A stretch of 64,000 nucleotides of DNA, from the NCBI GenBank assembly GCA_016714565.1, contig JADKDM010000014.1, positions 77,385 through 141,384 on the forward strand, written 5' to 3'. Numbering within the stretch: the first letter of the stretch is position 1; each line of letters begins with the position of its first letter. Positions 18,640-28,973 of the stretch are shown piece after piece. Source of the stretch: Candidatus Villigracilis propinquus (lineage in GTDB: Bacteria; Chloroflexota; Anaerolineae; Anaerolineales; Villigracilaceae). The notes under the pieces are model-generated. The model searched no databases, had not been told where the DNA came from, and saw only the letters and a program-made list of their open reading frames with translations. The position numbers and the translations under genes were made by a program.

Positions 18640-18760
18640 GTCATTGTTTCCCACAGGGCCCCGGGGGGAAAGAGGCGGGTGGGGGGTGTTCAAAAAAGAG
18701 CGTGGGGGTGGGTGGCGCCAAAACCGCGGGGGGGGGGGGGGCCAAGAAAGAGGTCAAATG
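18640..18760. other. Low-complexity G-run tract, probable sequencing artefact
   Basis: Long G runs, no credible ORF, composition unlike the flanks. Confidence 0.6.
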
Positions 18761-18936
18761 AGGAACTGTCAGGCACAAATATTTACTCGCAACAATTTTC
18801 ACAATTAAGCACAGTGAAGTAAGTAATAACTTTTTAAGAAAAGGGTACTTGTTCATACATATAATTTGCGTTATCATCTTTAAGTCAGGGGTGACCTCAC
18901 CCCACCCACCTTATATATCTCTTAAGAGGAGAAGAT

Positions 18937-20070
18937 ATGAATAAACGTATGTATTTTGTATTGCTGACACTCATCGTAACCGCCTCGATGATCCTCAGCG
19001 CCTGCGCTCCCGCAGCCACCGAAGCTCCTGTTGCTACAGAAGCTCCCGCCACCGAAGCCCCCACTGAAGCACCCGTTGCCACAGAACCTCCGATGCCCGC
19101 CATCGGTTCCCCCGAGCACCCCATCAAAGTGTTGTTCGTCCCCTCTGTGGACGCGAACATCATCACCACTGGTGGTGAAGTTATGGCTGCCGCTTTGAAC
19201 GAAGCCACCGGCCTCACTTTCGAAGTGACCGTCCCGACTTCCTACGCCGCCACCATCGAAGAAATGTGCGCCTCTCCTGCCGACACCATGGCCTTCATCC
19301 CCGGCCTTGGCTACGCCATCGCCAGCCAGTTGTGCGGTGTGGATGTTGCTTTCAAAGCCATCCGCTTCGGCTATCCTGTCTATTGGGCTGAGTACATCGT
19401 CGCCCGTGACAGCGAAATCCAGACCCTCGCCGACCTCGAAGGCAAGACCTGGGGTTATGGCGATCAGGGTTCCACCTCTGGTTACATGGTTCCCGCAGTT
19501 GAATTGGCCGAAGCTGGCATCACCCCCGGTGAGCAGGTTCAGACCGGCGGCCACAACCAGACCGTCACCGCTGTGTACAACGGCGAAGTTGATTTCGGTA
19601 CCGTCTTCTATAGCGTTCCTTTGAACCCTGAAGGCGCCCCCCTCTTCACCTATGATGACTATCTGGCTGGTGGAATCTCCACCCTCGAACAATACGAAAT
19701 CCCCGCCGAAGTGATCCCGAACTGCGCCCCCGATGCTGAAGGCAAGAAATTGCTCTGCGACGGCTACCGCGTTTTGGACGCCCGCGCCAACGTCCGCGTG
19801 GAAGCTCCTGATGTAATGCAGAAAGTCCGCATCCTCGCTGTCTCCGCGGCCATCCCGAATGACACCCTGTCCTTCGGACCCGAATTCCCCGCCGACGTCC
19901 GCACTCAGATCGAAGAAGCTTTGCTCGCCTTCGCTGAGACCGAAGCCTGGGGAACCTCCATCGGCTCCGCTGACTTCTACGGCTGGTCTGGCATTGCCCC
20001 CGCCGAAGATGCCGAGTATGACATGGTTCGCGCCATGGTCGAAGCCACCGGCTACACACTTCCTGAATAA
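18937..20070 (+). CDS. phnD: Phosphate/phosphite/phosphonate ABC substrate-binding lipoprotein
   Basis: LSAC lipobox, (ATEAP)n linker, PTSYAATIE, DQGSTSGY, GGHNQ, IPNDT. Confidence 0.88.
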   Translation: MNKRMYFVLLTLIVTASMILSACAPAATEAPVATEAPATEAPTEAPVATEPPMPAIGSPEHPIKVLFVPSVDANIITTGGEVMAAALNEATGLTFEVTVPTSYAATIEEMCASPADTMAFIPGLGYAIASQLCGVDVAFKAIRFGYPVYWAEYIVARDSEIQTLADLEGKTWGYGDQGSTSGYMVPAVELAEAGITPGEQVQTGGHNQTVTAVYNGEVDFGTVFYSVPLNPEGAPLFTYDDYLAGGISTLEQYEIPAEVIPNCAPDAEGKKLLCDGYRVLDARANVRVEAPDVMQKVRILAVSAAIPNDTLSFGPEFPADVRTQIEEALLAFAETEAWGTSIGSADFYGWSGIAPAEDAEYDMVRAMVEATGYTLPE

Positions 20071-20086
20071 GCTCCAAGGTTCGTAA

Positions 20087-20127
20087 AAAAATTAGGGGCA
20101 GGGACAAAATCCCTGCCCCTAATTTTT
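20087..20127 (+). terminator. Intrinsic terminator/stabiliser after phnD
   Basis: AATTAGGGGCAGGGA/TCCCTGCCCCTAATT followed by T run. Confidence 0.75.
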
Positions 20128-20137
20128 CTTAACCGAA

Positions 20138-20201
20138 AAACCCTAAAGGTCTCTTTTGCAATCGAAGGCACGTTATTTTGCACGAAAGACCTTTAGGGTT
20201 T
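20138..20201. repeat. REP-like inverted repeat
   Basis: AAACCCTAAAGGTCT .. AGACCTTTAGGGTTT; same arms as the 54671 copy. Confidence 0.75.
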
Positions 20202-20294
20202 CAATTTGAAAATTAGCAACAGATATATTTTATAATAGCCTTTCAAGATTTTCAGCGCATCGCTGCGCTGCATCATAGTTTTCAGGACATCACC

Positions 20295-21048
20295 ATGCTT
20301 CAAATAAAAAACCTGACCAAAATTTATGACGGCGGAGTCAAGGCGCTCGACGACGTCAGCTTTGAAGTACCAGACGGACAGTTCCTTGCAGTCATCGGGC
20401 TGAGCGGATCGGGCAAATCCACCTTGCTGCGCTGCATCAATCGATTGATCGAGCCGACCTCCGGGGCAGATCCTCTGGAACGGCGAAGATATCACCGCCG
20501 CATCCCAGGAGGAAATGCGCCGCATCCGACGCAAGATCGGCATGGTCTTTCAACACTTCAACCTTGTCCACCGCTCGAAGGTGATCACGAATGTGCTCGC
20601 GGGTCGGCTGGGCTATGTCAACCCTGCGTGGAGTCTGTTGAACCGCTTCCCAAAAGAAGATGTGGAAAAAGCCATCAAACAATTGGAGAGGGTCGGGATC
20701 GCGGAAAAGGCATATCAACGGGCGGATGAATTGAGCGGCGGACAGCAGCAACGCGTTGGCATTGCCCGCGCGCTCATGCAGGACCCGAAGATGGTTCTGG
20801 CCGATGAGCCTGTTGCCAGTCTGGATCCTGTTCTCGCGCACAGCATCATGAGCCATCTCGAAGACATCAACAAAAATGACGGTGTCAGCGTGCTATGCAG
20901 TTTGCATTTTCTTGATCTGGTTCATCGCTATGCAGACCGGGTGGTCGCGCTCAATGAAGGCAAATTGGTATTTGAAGGATTGCCAAAAGATATCGACGAT
21001 AACAAATTCAAAGAAATTTACGGCCGCGATGCGGAACGGGTAGGATAG
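20295..21048 (+). CDS. phnC: Phosphonate ABC ATPase (one indel near 20465)
   Basis: GLSGSGKST in 20295..20729; [14 protein letters not shown] and DEPVASLDP in 20515..21048; frames join at CCGGGGCAG. Confidence 0.9.
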
Positions 21049-21053
21049 CCGCC

Positions 21054-22892
21054 ATGAAAAATAATAAAAAAGCATCCCCCTGGAAATCCATAAAAACCGG
21101 CCTGTACACGTTATTGGCGCTGGTCATTTTTGCGTACGGCTTTCAGATCACCAAAGTGGATCTGGAAGAACTGCGCAGCGAAAACCGCCAGCAGAGTTTG
21201 GTGCGCGTATTGCGCGCGCTTGCCCAGCCTGAGATATTTGAATACGATCAAGTGGAAGAGGTTGTCAACTATCCGATCCACGTCCCCTGCCTTTCGGACG
21301 GGAGTCAGGCTCAGGCACCGGAGCGAGGCGCTTCTGATCCTTATGTCGTTATCACCCCGGCTTGTGCAAATCCCGGTGATGTGATCCAGGTCGAAGGATT
21401 CAATTTTGCTCCTCTCACCGTGGGGCCAATACGATTCATCCCCGGTAATGACCCGGCCAACGTGGTATCCCTCGGCCGCGAAAATGCAGAGACCGATTCA
21501 GAAGGGCATTTCATCGTCAGCATGGAAATCCCGGATCGTGTCAGTGATGATGCCCAGTTTATTCGCGCCACACTCCGCAGGAATATCGGCTTGCCCCATT
21601 TTTCAAAAACGGCATACGATACCTGGAGCAAGATCGTTGAAACTGTATTTCTTGCGCTGCTGGCAACCGTGTTCGGCACATTCCTCGCCATACCACTTAG
21701 TTTTATCGCCGCGCGCAACTTGATGAAGACGGTCAAAAGCCCATTGACCAGCATTTCCCTTTCCATTTTGGGATGGCCGATAGGGATCGTGATCGGATTT
21801 TTGCTCGTGCGCGGAGTTGGCAATTTTAGCGCTGCAATTGGTTCGAATGTTTTGGTGAACCTGGCAAGTATTATCGTTTCGCCCATGCTCGCCTGGTTCG
21901 GTATTCGTTGGGCTTTGCCTCAGGAGGAAATTACCCGTCCAAGTCAGTCCATGCGCTTTGCCCGCCTCGGTGTAATTTTGCTGGTAGTGTTGATAAGTTT
22001 TTACGGGTTATTCCAACTAGCTAACTTGACAATGAGCCTTGGACAGACTCTTCAGGCAGCCCTCGGCTCGTTTGGTTTCCTTGGGTATTTCCTCTTCCAG
22101 GTTGGGGATATTGTTGCCATCATTACACCTGTTCTGGGCGGTCTTGCTGCTGGTGCAACCCTTAGCAGTATTTTAGGACGCGCGGGACAACTTGGCTCTG
22201 AGAGATTACCCGCTTCTGGAATAAAAACCCTGAACCTGATCCTGACCACCATCGCCGGGATCACGATCATGGGACTGCTTGGACAGTTGATCGAATGGCT
22301 CTATGAAATTGGCGAACCCATGTATACCCTTTGGATGCCAATTGCAGTGGGCGCCATTGCCGGTTTCCTGCTTGCGGCGTTGACCAAACCCAAGGACTCC
22401 CTGCCCATCGGCATGGTGATCTATTCCATCACCCGCACCATCCTCAATGCCCTGCGCTCCGTGGAAGCTCTGGTGATGGCCATCGTGTTCGTGATCGCGG
22501 TGGGCATCGGTCCGTTCGCCGGTGTGATGGCGCTTGGACTGCATACCATCGTCAGCCTTGCAAAACTTTATTCTGAGCAGGTGGAAAGCATTCTGGCTGG
22601 TCCATTGGAAGCGATCGAGGCCACAGGTGCGAACCGCTTGCAGACCATTATCTATGCTGTCATCCCGCAGATCGTTCCACCCTACATTTCCTACACCATG
22701 TATCGTTGGGACATCAACGTGCGTATGTCCACCATCATCGGCTTTGTGGGCGGCGGCGGTATCGGCTTCCTGCTTCAGCAGAACATTAACCTGCTCAACT
22801 ACCGCGCGGCCAGCGCTCAAATGCTCGCGATCGCGATCGTAGTTGCCAGCATGGACTATATCAGTTCAGAATTGCGCGAACGAGTGATCTAA
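21054..22892 (+). CDS. phnE: PhnE-type permease with a large extracytoplasmic and TM insertion
   Basis: C-terminal GIGPFAG, KLYSEQVE, RWDINVRMSTIIGFVGGGGIG; 612 aa. Confidence 0.88.
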   Translation: MKNNKKASPWKSIKTGLYTLLALVIFAYGFQITKVDLEELRSENRQQSLVRVLRALAQPEIFEYDQVEEVVNYPIHVPCLSDGSQAQAPERGASDPYVVITPACANPGDVIQVEGFNFAPLTVGPIRFIPGNDPANVVSLGRENAETDSEGHFIVSMEIPDRVSDDAQFIRATLRRNIGLPHFSKTAYDTWSKIVETVFLALLATVFGTFLAIPLSFIAARNLMKTVKSPLTSISLSILGWPIGIVIGFLLVRGVGNFSAAIGSNVLVNLASIIVSPMLAWFGIRWALPQEEITRPSQSMRFARLGVILLVVLISFYGLFQLANLTMSLGQTLQAALGSFGFLGYFLFQVGDIVAIITPVLGGLAAGATLSSILGRAGQLGSERLPASGIKTLNLILTTIAGITIMGLLGQLIEWLYEIGEPMYTLWMPIAVGAIAGFLLAALTKPKDSLPIGMVIYSITRTILNALRSVEALVMAIVFVIAVGIGPFAGVMALGLHTIVSLAKLYSEQVESILAGPLEAIEATGANRLQTIIYAVIPQIVPPYISYTMYRWDINVRMSTIIGFVGGGGIGFLLQQNINLLNYRAASAQMLAIAIVVASMDYISSELRERVI

Positions 22893-22902
22893 AATCATTC
22901 AC

Positions 22903-22946
22903 TAAACAAAAAGGACTGGCTTTTCGGAGCCAGTCCTTTTTGTTTA
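22903..22946. terminator. Bidirectional terminator
   Basis: AAACAAAAAGGACTGGCT/AGCCAGTCCTTTTTGTTT between convergent genes. Confidence 0.85.
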
Positions 22947-23969
22947 CATCTTATCGCTTTGCGTTTGCATCTTATATTTTTTGACTGCGCGCCAGCCGAC
23001 AAGCATCTTTTCTTTTTCATCCCACAAGCGGAAGTAGAGCGACTTCAAACTATCGCGGAAGGTAAGCGGCTCGATCTGGAAGATGGGATTTTCATTATGG
23101 CATTCCTCCAGCTTGTAGTTCGGGATCTTCGGACTGAGGTGATGAATGTGATGAAAACCGATATTGCCCGTGAACCATTGCAAGACCTTGGGGAGTTTGT
23201 AGAAGGAACTGCCGTCCATGCCGGCTTTGAAGAACTCCCAATTCTGGTGGCGTTCCCAATAGGTCGGCTCAAAGTTGTGCTGCACGTAGAACAACCACAC
23301 GCCCGCGCCGCACGCCATGAGCAGAATGGGGATCTCAATCAGCAAATATGCCTGCCAGCCGATATGATAGATCGTCCAGCCAACAAAGGCGAAGAGGGCG
23401 ATGTTCGTCCAGATCACGCTGTTCTTTTCACGGACACCCGCGTTCTTTTCCCAAAAGCGGTGACCAAACGCAAAGACGATCAACGCGCCAACAGTGAACA
23501 AGATGAACGGGTTTCGCATCACGCGATAGCCGAATTTCTTGTACCAGGGAGCGGCGAGGTATTCCTCAACCGTCATGGTATAGACGTCACCAATGCCGCG
23601 GCGGTCAAGATCACCGGCGGTGGCGTGGTGGATGGCATGGGAATGTTTCCACGCATAGTAGGGAGTCCACACGGCCACGCCGAGGAGAAGACCCAGGCGG
23701 TTGTTCGCCAGCGGGGTGCGGAAGAAACTGCCATGGCAACAATCATGGAAGATGATGAACATCCGCACCATGAAGCCTGCTGCGGGAATGGTTAGCAGAA
23801 AGGTCAGCCAGTATCCGATCTCCAGACTGCGATATGCGAGATACCACAGGACAAAGAAGGGGATGGCTGAATTAACCACCTGCCATAGACTACGCCACGT
23901 TTCAGGGTAGGCATATTTTGCTACCACTGACTGCCATTTGATTTTTCCAATACTCATTTTTATCTCCAT
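22944..23969 (-). CDS. Membrane fatty acid desaturase (Des/DesA type)
   Basis: His boxes HDCCH, HAIHH, HHIHH. Confidence 0.92.
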   Translation of the reverse strand: MEIKMSIGKIKWQSVVAKYAYPETWRSLWQVVNSAIPFFVLWYLAYRSLEIGYWLTFLLTIPAAGFMVRMFIIFHDCCHGSFFRTPLANNRLGLLLGVAVWTPYYAWKHSHAIHHATAGDLDRRGIGDVYTMTVEEYLAAPWYKKFGYRVMRNPFILFTVGALIVFAFGHRFWEKNAGVREKNSVIWTNIALFAFVGWTIYHIGWQAYLLIEIPILLMACGAGVWLFYVQHNFEPTYWERHQNWEFFKAGMDGSSFYKLPKVLQWFTGNIGFHHIHHLSPKIPNYKLEECHNENPIFQIEPLTFRDSLKSLYFRLWDEKEKMLVGWRAVKKYKMQTQSDKM

Positions 23970-24009
23970 TTCTTATTAAAATCATAACACTGGTTCGCGC
24001 TCGCAGATG

Positions 24010-25233
24010 CTATTTTGCGCTACCCATGCTTTGGTATTCCAGATAGGCAGTCACCCCATTGATCCAGTGCTGCAAACCATCCACACGAATGGATGGCACT
24101 TCACAACTGTCGAAAATGCCACCCTTGTAATTCAATAATACCTCATTGTTAAGGTCAAAGTTACAGTCATTATCCGGCAATTGCCGCGCCTGCACGAATG
24201 TAATGAAGGTACTGGTTTCACGGTCCAGCCATTCATGTTCGGCTCCTGAAAGATAAAACGCCTGCGCGAGGGATGCAAGAGCTTCGATCTTCGTAGCCGT
24301 GGAAACACTGGAATTGATCTTGGTCAAGGAACGGACTTGTCCTTCAATAACCGCCTCTGCGATCTTCACTGCGTACTCCTTGTCGGTCTGGCTGAGTTTA
24401 TCCAAACGGGCAAGCATGGCAAAGGCATAGCCATGCCAGTGATCTTCCGAGACCGGCTGCGTGACCATGTAATCATTCACTTCATGCGCCTGTTCCAGCC
24501 AGAATTTATTGCCGGTCATCTCGTACAATTCCAGAAGCGCGCACAAACTTTCACCGGGAAAATTGGCGGCAAAATAATCAGTGTCCACTGCGCCTTTGAG
24601 ATGCGGGTCAAATGAATGATAGAAACTGCCATCCGGCTTGCGCATGGAGACGATGAAATATCCGAGGTCCATTGCGGTGGTGAGGAGGTTGCGGTCACCA
24701 AGGATGAGGTCACCGGTGGCCTGCCAGCGTTTGTAGATTGCGTCCACGGTTAATGCCGCACCGCCCAGCGGACAGCCGCCATCCGTGTACAGGCAGGTGC
24801 CTGTAAATTTTTGCGGGTCGCTGATCAGCAATCCCATGTAATGATCGAGGGCAAGGTCACCGGCCTCACAATATTTTGAATCACCTGAGACCCGGCACAC
24901 GGTATAGAGAGACCCGGTCCCAGCCATCAAGCGGACATACGAAGGCGTGTAGGAACGCTCGCCAGTCATAAAGTCAACCTGATAGGAAAGTTCTCCATTC
25001 ACCAACTGCTGGTGGATAAGATAATCACCCGCCGCGATGACCGAGTCTTTTAGCGGGCTGTCTTCAATTGAAATTGTTTCGGGGATAAGCGCAGGGGTAA
25101 ATGTTGGAGTTGCAGGCAGGTTTGGGATCGCTGTGCCAACAATCTGCTGCGGCTGGGAACGCTGCGTCAAAAAATAGGCAACGCCAGCCAGGGACAACAC
25201 AGCCGCAACAACCCAGCCGATCTTTCTAGGCAT
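24010..25233 (-). CDS. Membrane-anchored (alpha/alpha) toroid-like hypothetical protein
   Basis: N-terminal TM; LGGAAL, FPGESLCAL, EDHW, IRVDGLQH motifs. Confidence 0.65.
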   Translation of the reverse strand: MPRKIGWVVAAVLSLAGVAYFLTQRSQPQQIVGTAIPNLPATPTFTPALIPETISIEDSPLKDSVIAAGDYLIHQQLVNGELSYQVDFMTGERSYTPSYVRLMAGTGSLYTVCRVSGDSKYCEAGDLALDHYMGLLISDPQKFTGTCLYTDGGCPLGGAALTVDAIYKRWQATGDLILGDRNLLTTAMDLGYFIVSMRKPDGSFYHSFDPHLKGAVDTDYFAANFPGESLCALLELYEMTGNKFWLEQAHEVNDYMVTQPVSEDHWHGYAFAMLARLDKLSQTDKEYAVKIAEAVIEGQVRSLTKINSSVSTATKIEALASLAQAFYLSGAEHEWLDRETSTFITFVQARQLPDNDCNFDLNNEVLLNYKGGIFDSCEVPSIRVDGLQHWINGVTAYLEYQSMGSAK

Positions 25234-25251
25234 ATCTTTTCATTTCGCTAT

Positions 25252-25914
25252 TCAAGGGATCTTCGCCTGTAGATCCTGCAAAGAGACATTTGCCAATGAA
25301 GAAACCGTCAAGTCGCCGGAGACGCCCATCTTTGAAGTTAATGGATTGGGGGCAGCCACCACGAAGATCTTTGCGCGGCGGGCGGCCTCCACGCCGTTGA
25401 GCGAATCCTCAAAAACCACCGCCTCCGTATTCTGGACTTTTAGCATCTCCAACGCCTTCAGGTAGATATCCGGGTTGGGTTTTGTTCGGCCAGGCGCAAC
25501 ATCATCCTGACAAATGATATGTTTGAAATAATGGAAGATTCCAAGCCGCTTCGCGTGCGTATCCACCCAGGAATGCGGCGAGCTGGAACCGATGGCAACC
25601 TGCACGCCCTGCTCGCGCGCCTGCTCGATCAAGTTGATCACGCCCGGCATGATCTCGCTGGCGTGGATGAGCAGGTCTGATTCTCTTCGGTAGCGAATGC
25701 GCATCGAAGCAGGCTCCAGCCGTCCCTGAGAGAGAAGCGCAAGATGTTCAGCGGCGTCAAAGGTCGAGATGCCGTATCCACCGATCGTTTTTTCCCATTC
25801 GCCCACCGGAAGTTCAAATCCATGTTCGCGATAAATGGATTGCCAAACCAACACTTCGGGTGTCTCGGTATCAAGGATCAACCCGTCAAAGTCAAAGATA
25901 AGTGCCTTTAACAT
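25252..25914 (-). CDS. HAD-IA family phosphatase
   Basis: FDFDGLILDTE, KPNPDIY, FEDSLNG. Confidence 0.93.
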   Translation of the reverse strand: MLKALIFDFDGLILDTETPEVLVWQSIYREHGFELPVGEWEKTIGGYGISTFDAAEHLALLSQGRLEPASMRIRYRRESDLLIHASEIMPGVINLIEQAREQGVQVAIGSSSPHSWVDTHAKRLGIFHYFKHIICQDDVAPGRTKPNPDIYLKALEMLKVQNTEAVVFEDSLNGVEAARRAKIFVVAAPNPLTSKMGVSGDLTVSSLANVSLQDLQAKIP

Positions 25915-25915
25915 A

Positions 25916-26236
25916 TTACGGAAACCGCCTTACGAAATCTGAAATTGCTTCCCAAATTTTTATTTCCTTCACGCCTTCGGTATTGATCACATCCAGCACC
26001 GAAGTGAGCGCGGCCTTCATTGCCACGTATTCACGCTGCGCATCCGAAGCGGTGCCGAAGAAGCGCGTATGATCTGCCCAGCCATACAGGTTGCAGGAAA
26101 CCGAAATATATCCGCTGCCGCGTTTGAAGGTGATACGTCCACCGCCGGGATGCACCTCATCGCGCATGATCAAACCGCCCTCTGCGCTTATTTTTCCTAT
26201 ACTGCGGCCGTTGTCGTACGCAGACCAATTACTCAT
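25916..26236 (-). CDS. Hypothetical protein
   Basis: 106-aa ORF tightly coupled to its neighbours in an operon. Confidence 0.7.
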   Translation of the reverse strand: MSNWSAYDNGRSIGKISAEGGLIMRDEVHPGGGRITFKRGSGYISVSCNLYGWADHTRFFGTASDAQREYVAMKAALTSVLDVINTEGVKEIKIWEAISDFVRRFP

Positions 26237-27146
26237 CGATATCCATTCTACTTATTCGTGAAGGCTGCACCCCTACATTCGTGGGAACTTTGCGCGCGGC
26301 CTGCCCATTGGTCACCAAACGCGCAAGGTGTTTCACCATCACCGCCTGCCGTGCAGATGCCTTTGCGCCGAGATCTTCCAACACCGGCTCAAGCCACGCC
26401 TGATACGAGCGCACATTTAAATATACTGCCCGCCCGCGGCGGTCTGGAAGACTCGACACAAGCGACGCAATTTTCTCGCTAACATGCTGTTCATCCGGAT
26501 GAATGAGCGGCGTTAACACAATGCCGTACATGCCCGCGGTTACATTCGCAAAACATTTCAACCCCTGGTGAACAAACCCGACCACACGCTTGGGAGCAGG
26601 CTCAACGGGATGCATCAACTGCGGCACGATCTGATAATGCAGACTCTGCACAGCGTGCAGGTCAATGGATTGAATGCGCCTCCATCCTCCGCCGCTGCCT
26701 GATTCTGTTTTCTCCAGCAGACTCACATCCCAAACCCTTTGCCACGCATAGACGGAGAAGCCCGACATGCGCAACGCGGGAAATACATCGCTGTTCTCTT
26801 CCACTTCTGCAATGACGTGAACCGCCTGCCATTCCCCCGCCTGAAATGAAAGGTGCTCGATCAACGCGGGCAATTGCGGGTCACTTAATTGAGAGGATGG
26901 CGCAAGATACAGCAGCTTGGCAAACGTATCGCCATGGGTGTGAATGACCCCGCCCAGCAAAACAGACTCGCCGCCGTTTGAAATGGCCGCGTACAAATGC
27001 CGCGTCGGGTTGATGTAGGCCATTAACCCCATCGCGCCCAGGGGATGCCCACGCGTGAGGGCACGCGCGCTATCGAGGGTCAACACATCATTTCGATAAC
27101 GTGCAATGGTGGGAATATCCAGAAGGTCGAGCGAGCGTATGGTCAT
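26229..27146 (-). CDS. Hypothetical protein (possible degenerate tandem GNAT fold)
   Basis: 305 aa in operon with pdxST; LRMSGFSVYAWQR. Confidence 0.7.
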   Translation of the reverse strand: MTIRSLDLLDIPTIARYRNDVLTLDSARALTRGHPLGAMGLMAYINPTRHLYAAISNGGESVLLGGVIHTHGDTFAKLLYLAPSSQLSDPQLPALIEHLSFQAGEWQAVHVIAEVEENSDVFPALRMSGFSVYAWQRVWDVSLLEKTESGSGGGWRRIQSIDLHAVQSLHYQIVPQLMHPVEPAPKRVVGFVHQGLKCFANVTAGMYGIVLTPLIHPDEQHVSEKIASLVSSLPDRRGRAVYLNVRSYQAWLEPVLEDLGAKASARQAVMVKHLARLVTNGQAARKVPTNVGVQPSRISRMDIDE

Positions 27147-27149
27147 GAT

Positions 27150-27218
27150 AAGGTCGAAGGTTGAAGGTCAAAAGTTTCAGGTCCAACCTTCAACCTGTAA
27201 CCTTTTACTTTTCAACTT
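27150..27218. repeat. 7-mer tandem-unit hairpin downstream of pdxT
   Basis: AAGGTCG AAGGTTG AAGGTCA facing CAACCTT CAACCTG TAACCTT. Confidence 0.75.
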
Positions 27219-27790
27219 GCCAGCGAAATAAAATACTCGTGGAAGCGCGTGTCGCCTGTCAACTCTGGGTGGAAGGAAGTCGCCAGCAGATGACCTTGTT
27301 GCGCGGCCACAATGCGTCCATCTTCCAACGCCGAAAGCACCTTCGCACTTCCACTGACAGACTCAATGATCGGCGCACGAATGAAGACCGCATGATATGG
27401 ATGTTCCGTGCCGGTGGCTTTCATCAACTCGTCAATTTCAAGGTCGGTCTCGAATGAGTCAACCTGTCGTCCAAACGCATTGCGCTGAACTTTGATATCC
27501 ATCAATTCGAGCAAAGGCTGGTCGCGTCCCACATCTTTTGAAAGAAAGATCGCGCCTGCACACGTTCCCCAGATCGCATGCTTTTTTCCGAACTCGCGCA
27601 GCGGTTCCATCAAACCGTACGCCACAGCCAGCTTGCCGATCGTCGTGGATTCACCGCCAGGCATGATCAGCCCATCGAGTCCATCGAGATGTTTCGGCAA
27701 ACGCACTTCCGCCGTCTCCACACCGATCTTTTTCAGCATGGAAATATGTTCTGCAAAATCACCTTGTAATGCTAAAACGCCTATTTTCAT
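27212..27790 (-). CDS. pdxT: PLP synthase glutaminase subunit
   Basis: GVLALQGDF, PGGESTT, GTCAG, FHPEL. Confidence 0.97.
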   Translation of the reverse strand: MKIGVLALQGDFAEHISMLKKIGVETAEVRLPKHLDGLDGLIMPGGESTTIGKLAVAYGLMEPLREFGKKHAIWGTCAGAIFLSKDVGRDQPLLELMDIKVQRNAFGRQVDSFETDLEIDELMKATGTEHPYHAVFIRAPIIESVSGSAKVLSALEDGRIVAAQQGHLLATSFHPELTGDTRFHEYFISLAS

Positions 27791-27793
27791 AAT

Positions 27794-27858
27794 TTAGCTT
27801 TTGGCCGGTAGCGGTTAGCTATTAGCCAAAAGCTAAATGCTAAACGCTACACGCTAAT
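27794..27858. repeat. 7-mer tandem-unit hairpin between pdxS and pdxT
   Basis: TTAGCTT..TTAGCTA facing AGCTAAA TGCTAAA CGCTACA CGCTAAT. Confidence 0.7.
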
Positions 27859-28746
27859 TTACCAACCACGTACCGCGAGTTTCTCGCCTTCGGGCATGTG
27901 TGCGGCATTGCGTCCGACCATTGCTTCGCCGAGGTTCTTGCTCACTTCCGCGAGAATGGACGCATCCTGATAATGCGTCACCGACTTGACAATGGCCGCA
28001 GCGCGCTTGGCAGGGTCACCGCTCTTGAAGATACCAGAGCCAACGAACACACCATCCACACCGAGCTGCATCATCAACGCCGCATCCGCAGGAGTTGCAA
28101 CACCACCCGCCGCAAAATTGACAACGGGCATACGTCCGAGAGTCTTCACTTCCTTCACCAATTCATACGGCGCACCGTTGTTCTTGGCAAAGGTCATCAA
28201 CTCTTCATCGTCCATCACCTGCAAATGTTTGATCGAACCAATCACCGAACGGGCATGGCGCACAGCTTCCACCACATCACCGGTGCCAGCTTCACCCTTG
28301 GTGCGGATCATCGCCGCGCCTTCTCCAATGCGGCGCAAGGCCTCGCCGATGTTACGGCATCCGCAAACGAACGGCACTTTGAAGTTGTGCTTCAAAATGT
28401 GATGTTCTTCATCCGCAGGAGTGAGCACTTCGGATTCATCAATATAGTCAACGCCGATGGATTCCAAAATCTGCGCTTCCACAAAATGACCAATACGGCA
28501 TTTCGCCATCACAGGAATGCTGACCGCATCAATGATCTTCAAGATCATATCAGGGTCAGACATGCGCGCCACGCCACCATCTGCACGAATATCAGCAGGC
28601 ACGCGCTCCAAAGCCATCACTGCGCACGCCCCAGCTTCTTCAGCGATCCTGGCTTGCTCGGCATTCACCACATCCATGATGACGCCGCCTTTTAACATTT
28701 GAGCCAAACCTTTTTTCTCAGTCCATGTACCAGTCTTTGCTTCCAT
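27859..28746 (-). CDS. pdxS: PLP synthase lyase subunit
   Basis: [39 protein letters not shown]. Confidence 0.98.
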   Translation of the reverse strand: MEAKTGTWTEKKGLAQMLKGGVIMDVVNAEQARIAEEAGACAVMALERVPADIRADGGVARMSDPDMILKIIDAVSIPVMAKCRIGHFVEAQILESIGVDYIDESEVLTPADEEHHILKHNFKVPFVCGCRNIGEALRRIGEGAAMIRTKGEAGTGDVVEAVRHARSVIGSIKHLQVMDDEELMTFAKNNGAPYELVKEVKTLGRMPVVNFAAGGVATPADAALMMQLGVDGVFVGSGIFKSGDPAKRAAAIVKSVTHYQDASILAEVSKNLGEAMVGRNAAHMPEGEKLAVRGW

Positions 28747-28906
28747 TTTATTTACTCCTTGAGTTAATTGCGGATAAATTCTACCATGCGGATTATCTTT
28801 AAATAAAAAGAGGAATCAAACCGAATCCGCCTCGCACTTAACTGAAAATTGATTCCGTCCAACAGGCAGAGTCCACGCTGAAAGGGATTCATCCCGCGGA
28901 GGGGTA

Positions 28907-28960
28907 TTGACAAAAACCCCTTAAGTGCTACAATTCACACAATGATACAATTAGTACATT
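28907..28960 (+). promoter_or_regulatory. GntR gene promoter with possible YtrA-type operator
   Basis: TTGACA-N16-TACAAT, then near-palindrome AATGATACAATTAGTACATT. Confidence 0.55.
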
Positions 28961-28973
28961 ATAAGGATTGCCT

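Noticed and set aside
18640-18760. Poly-G phase-variation tract upstream of phnD
   Set aside because: The surrounding sequence is also garbled and resembles the 52-kb artefact; it cannot be supported without reads.
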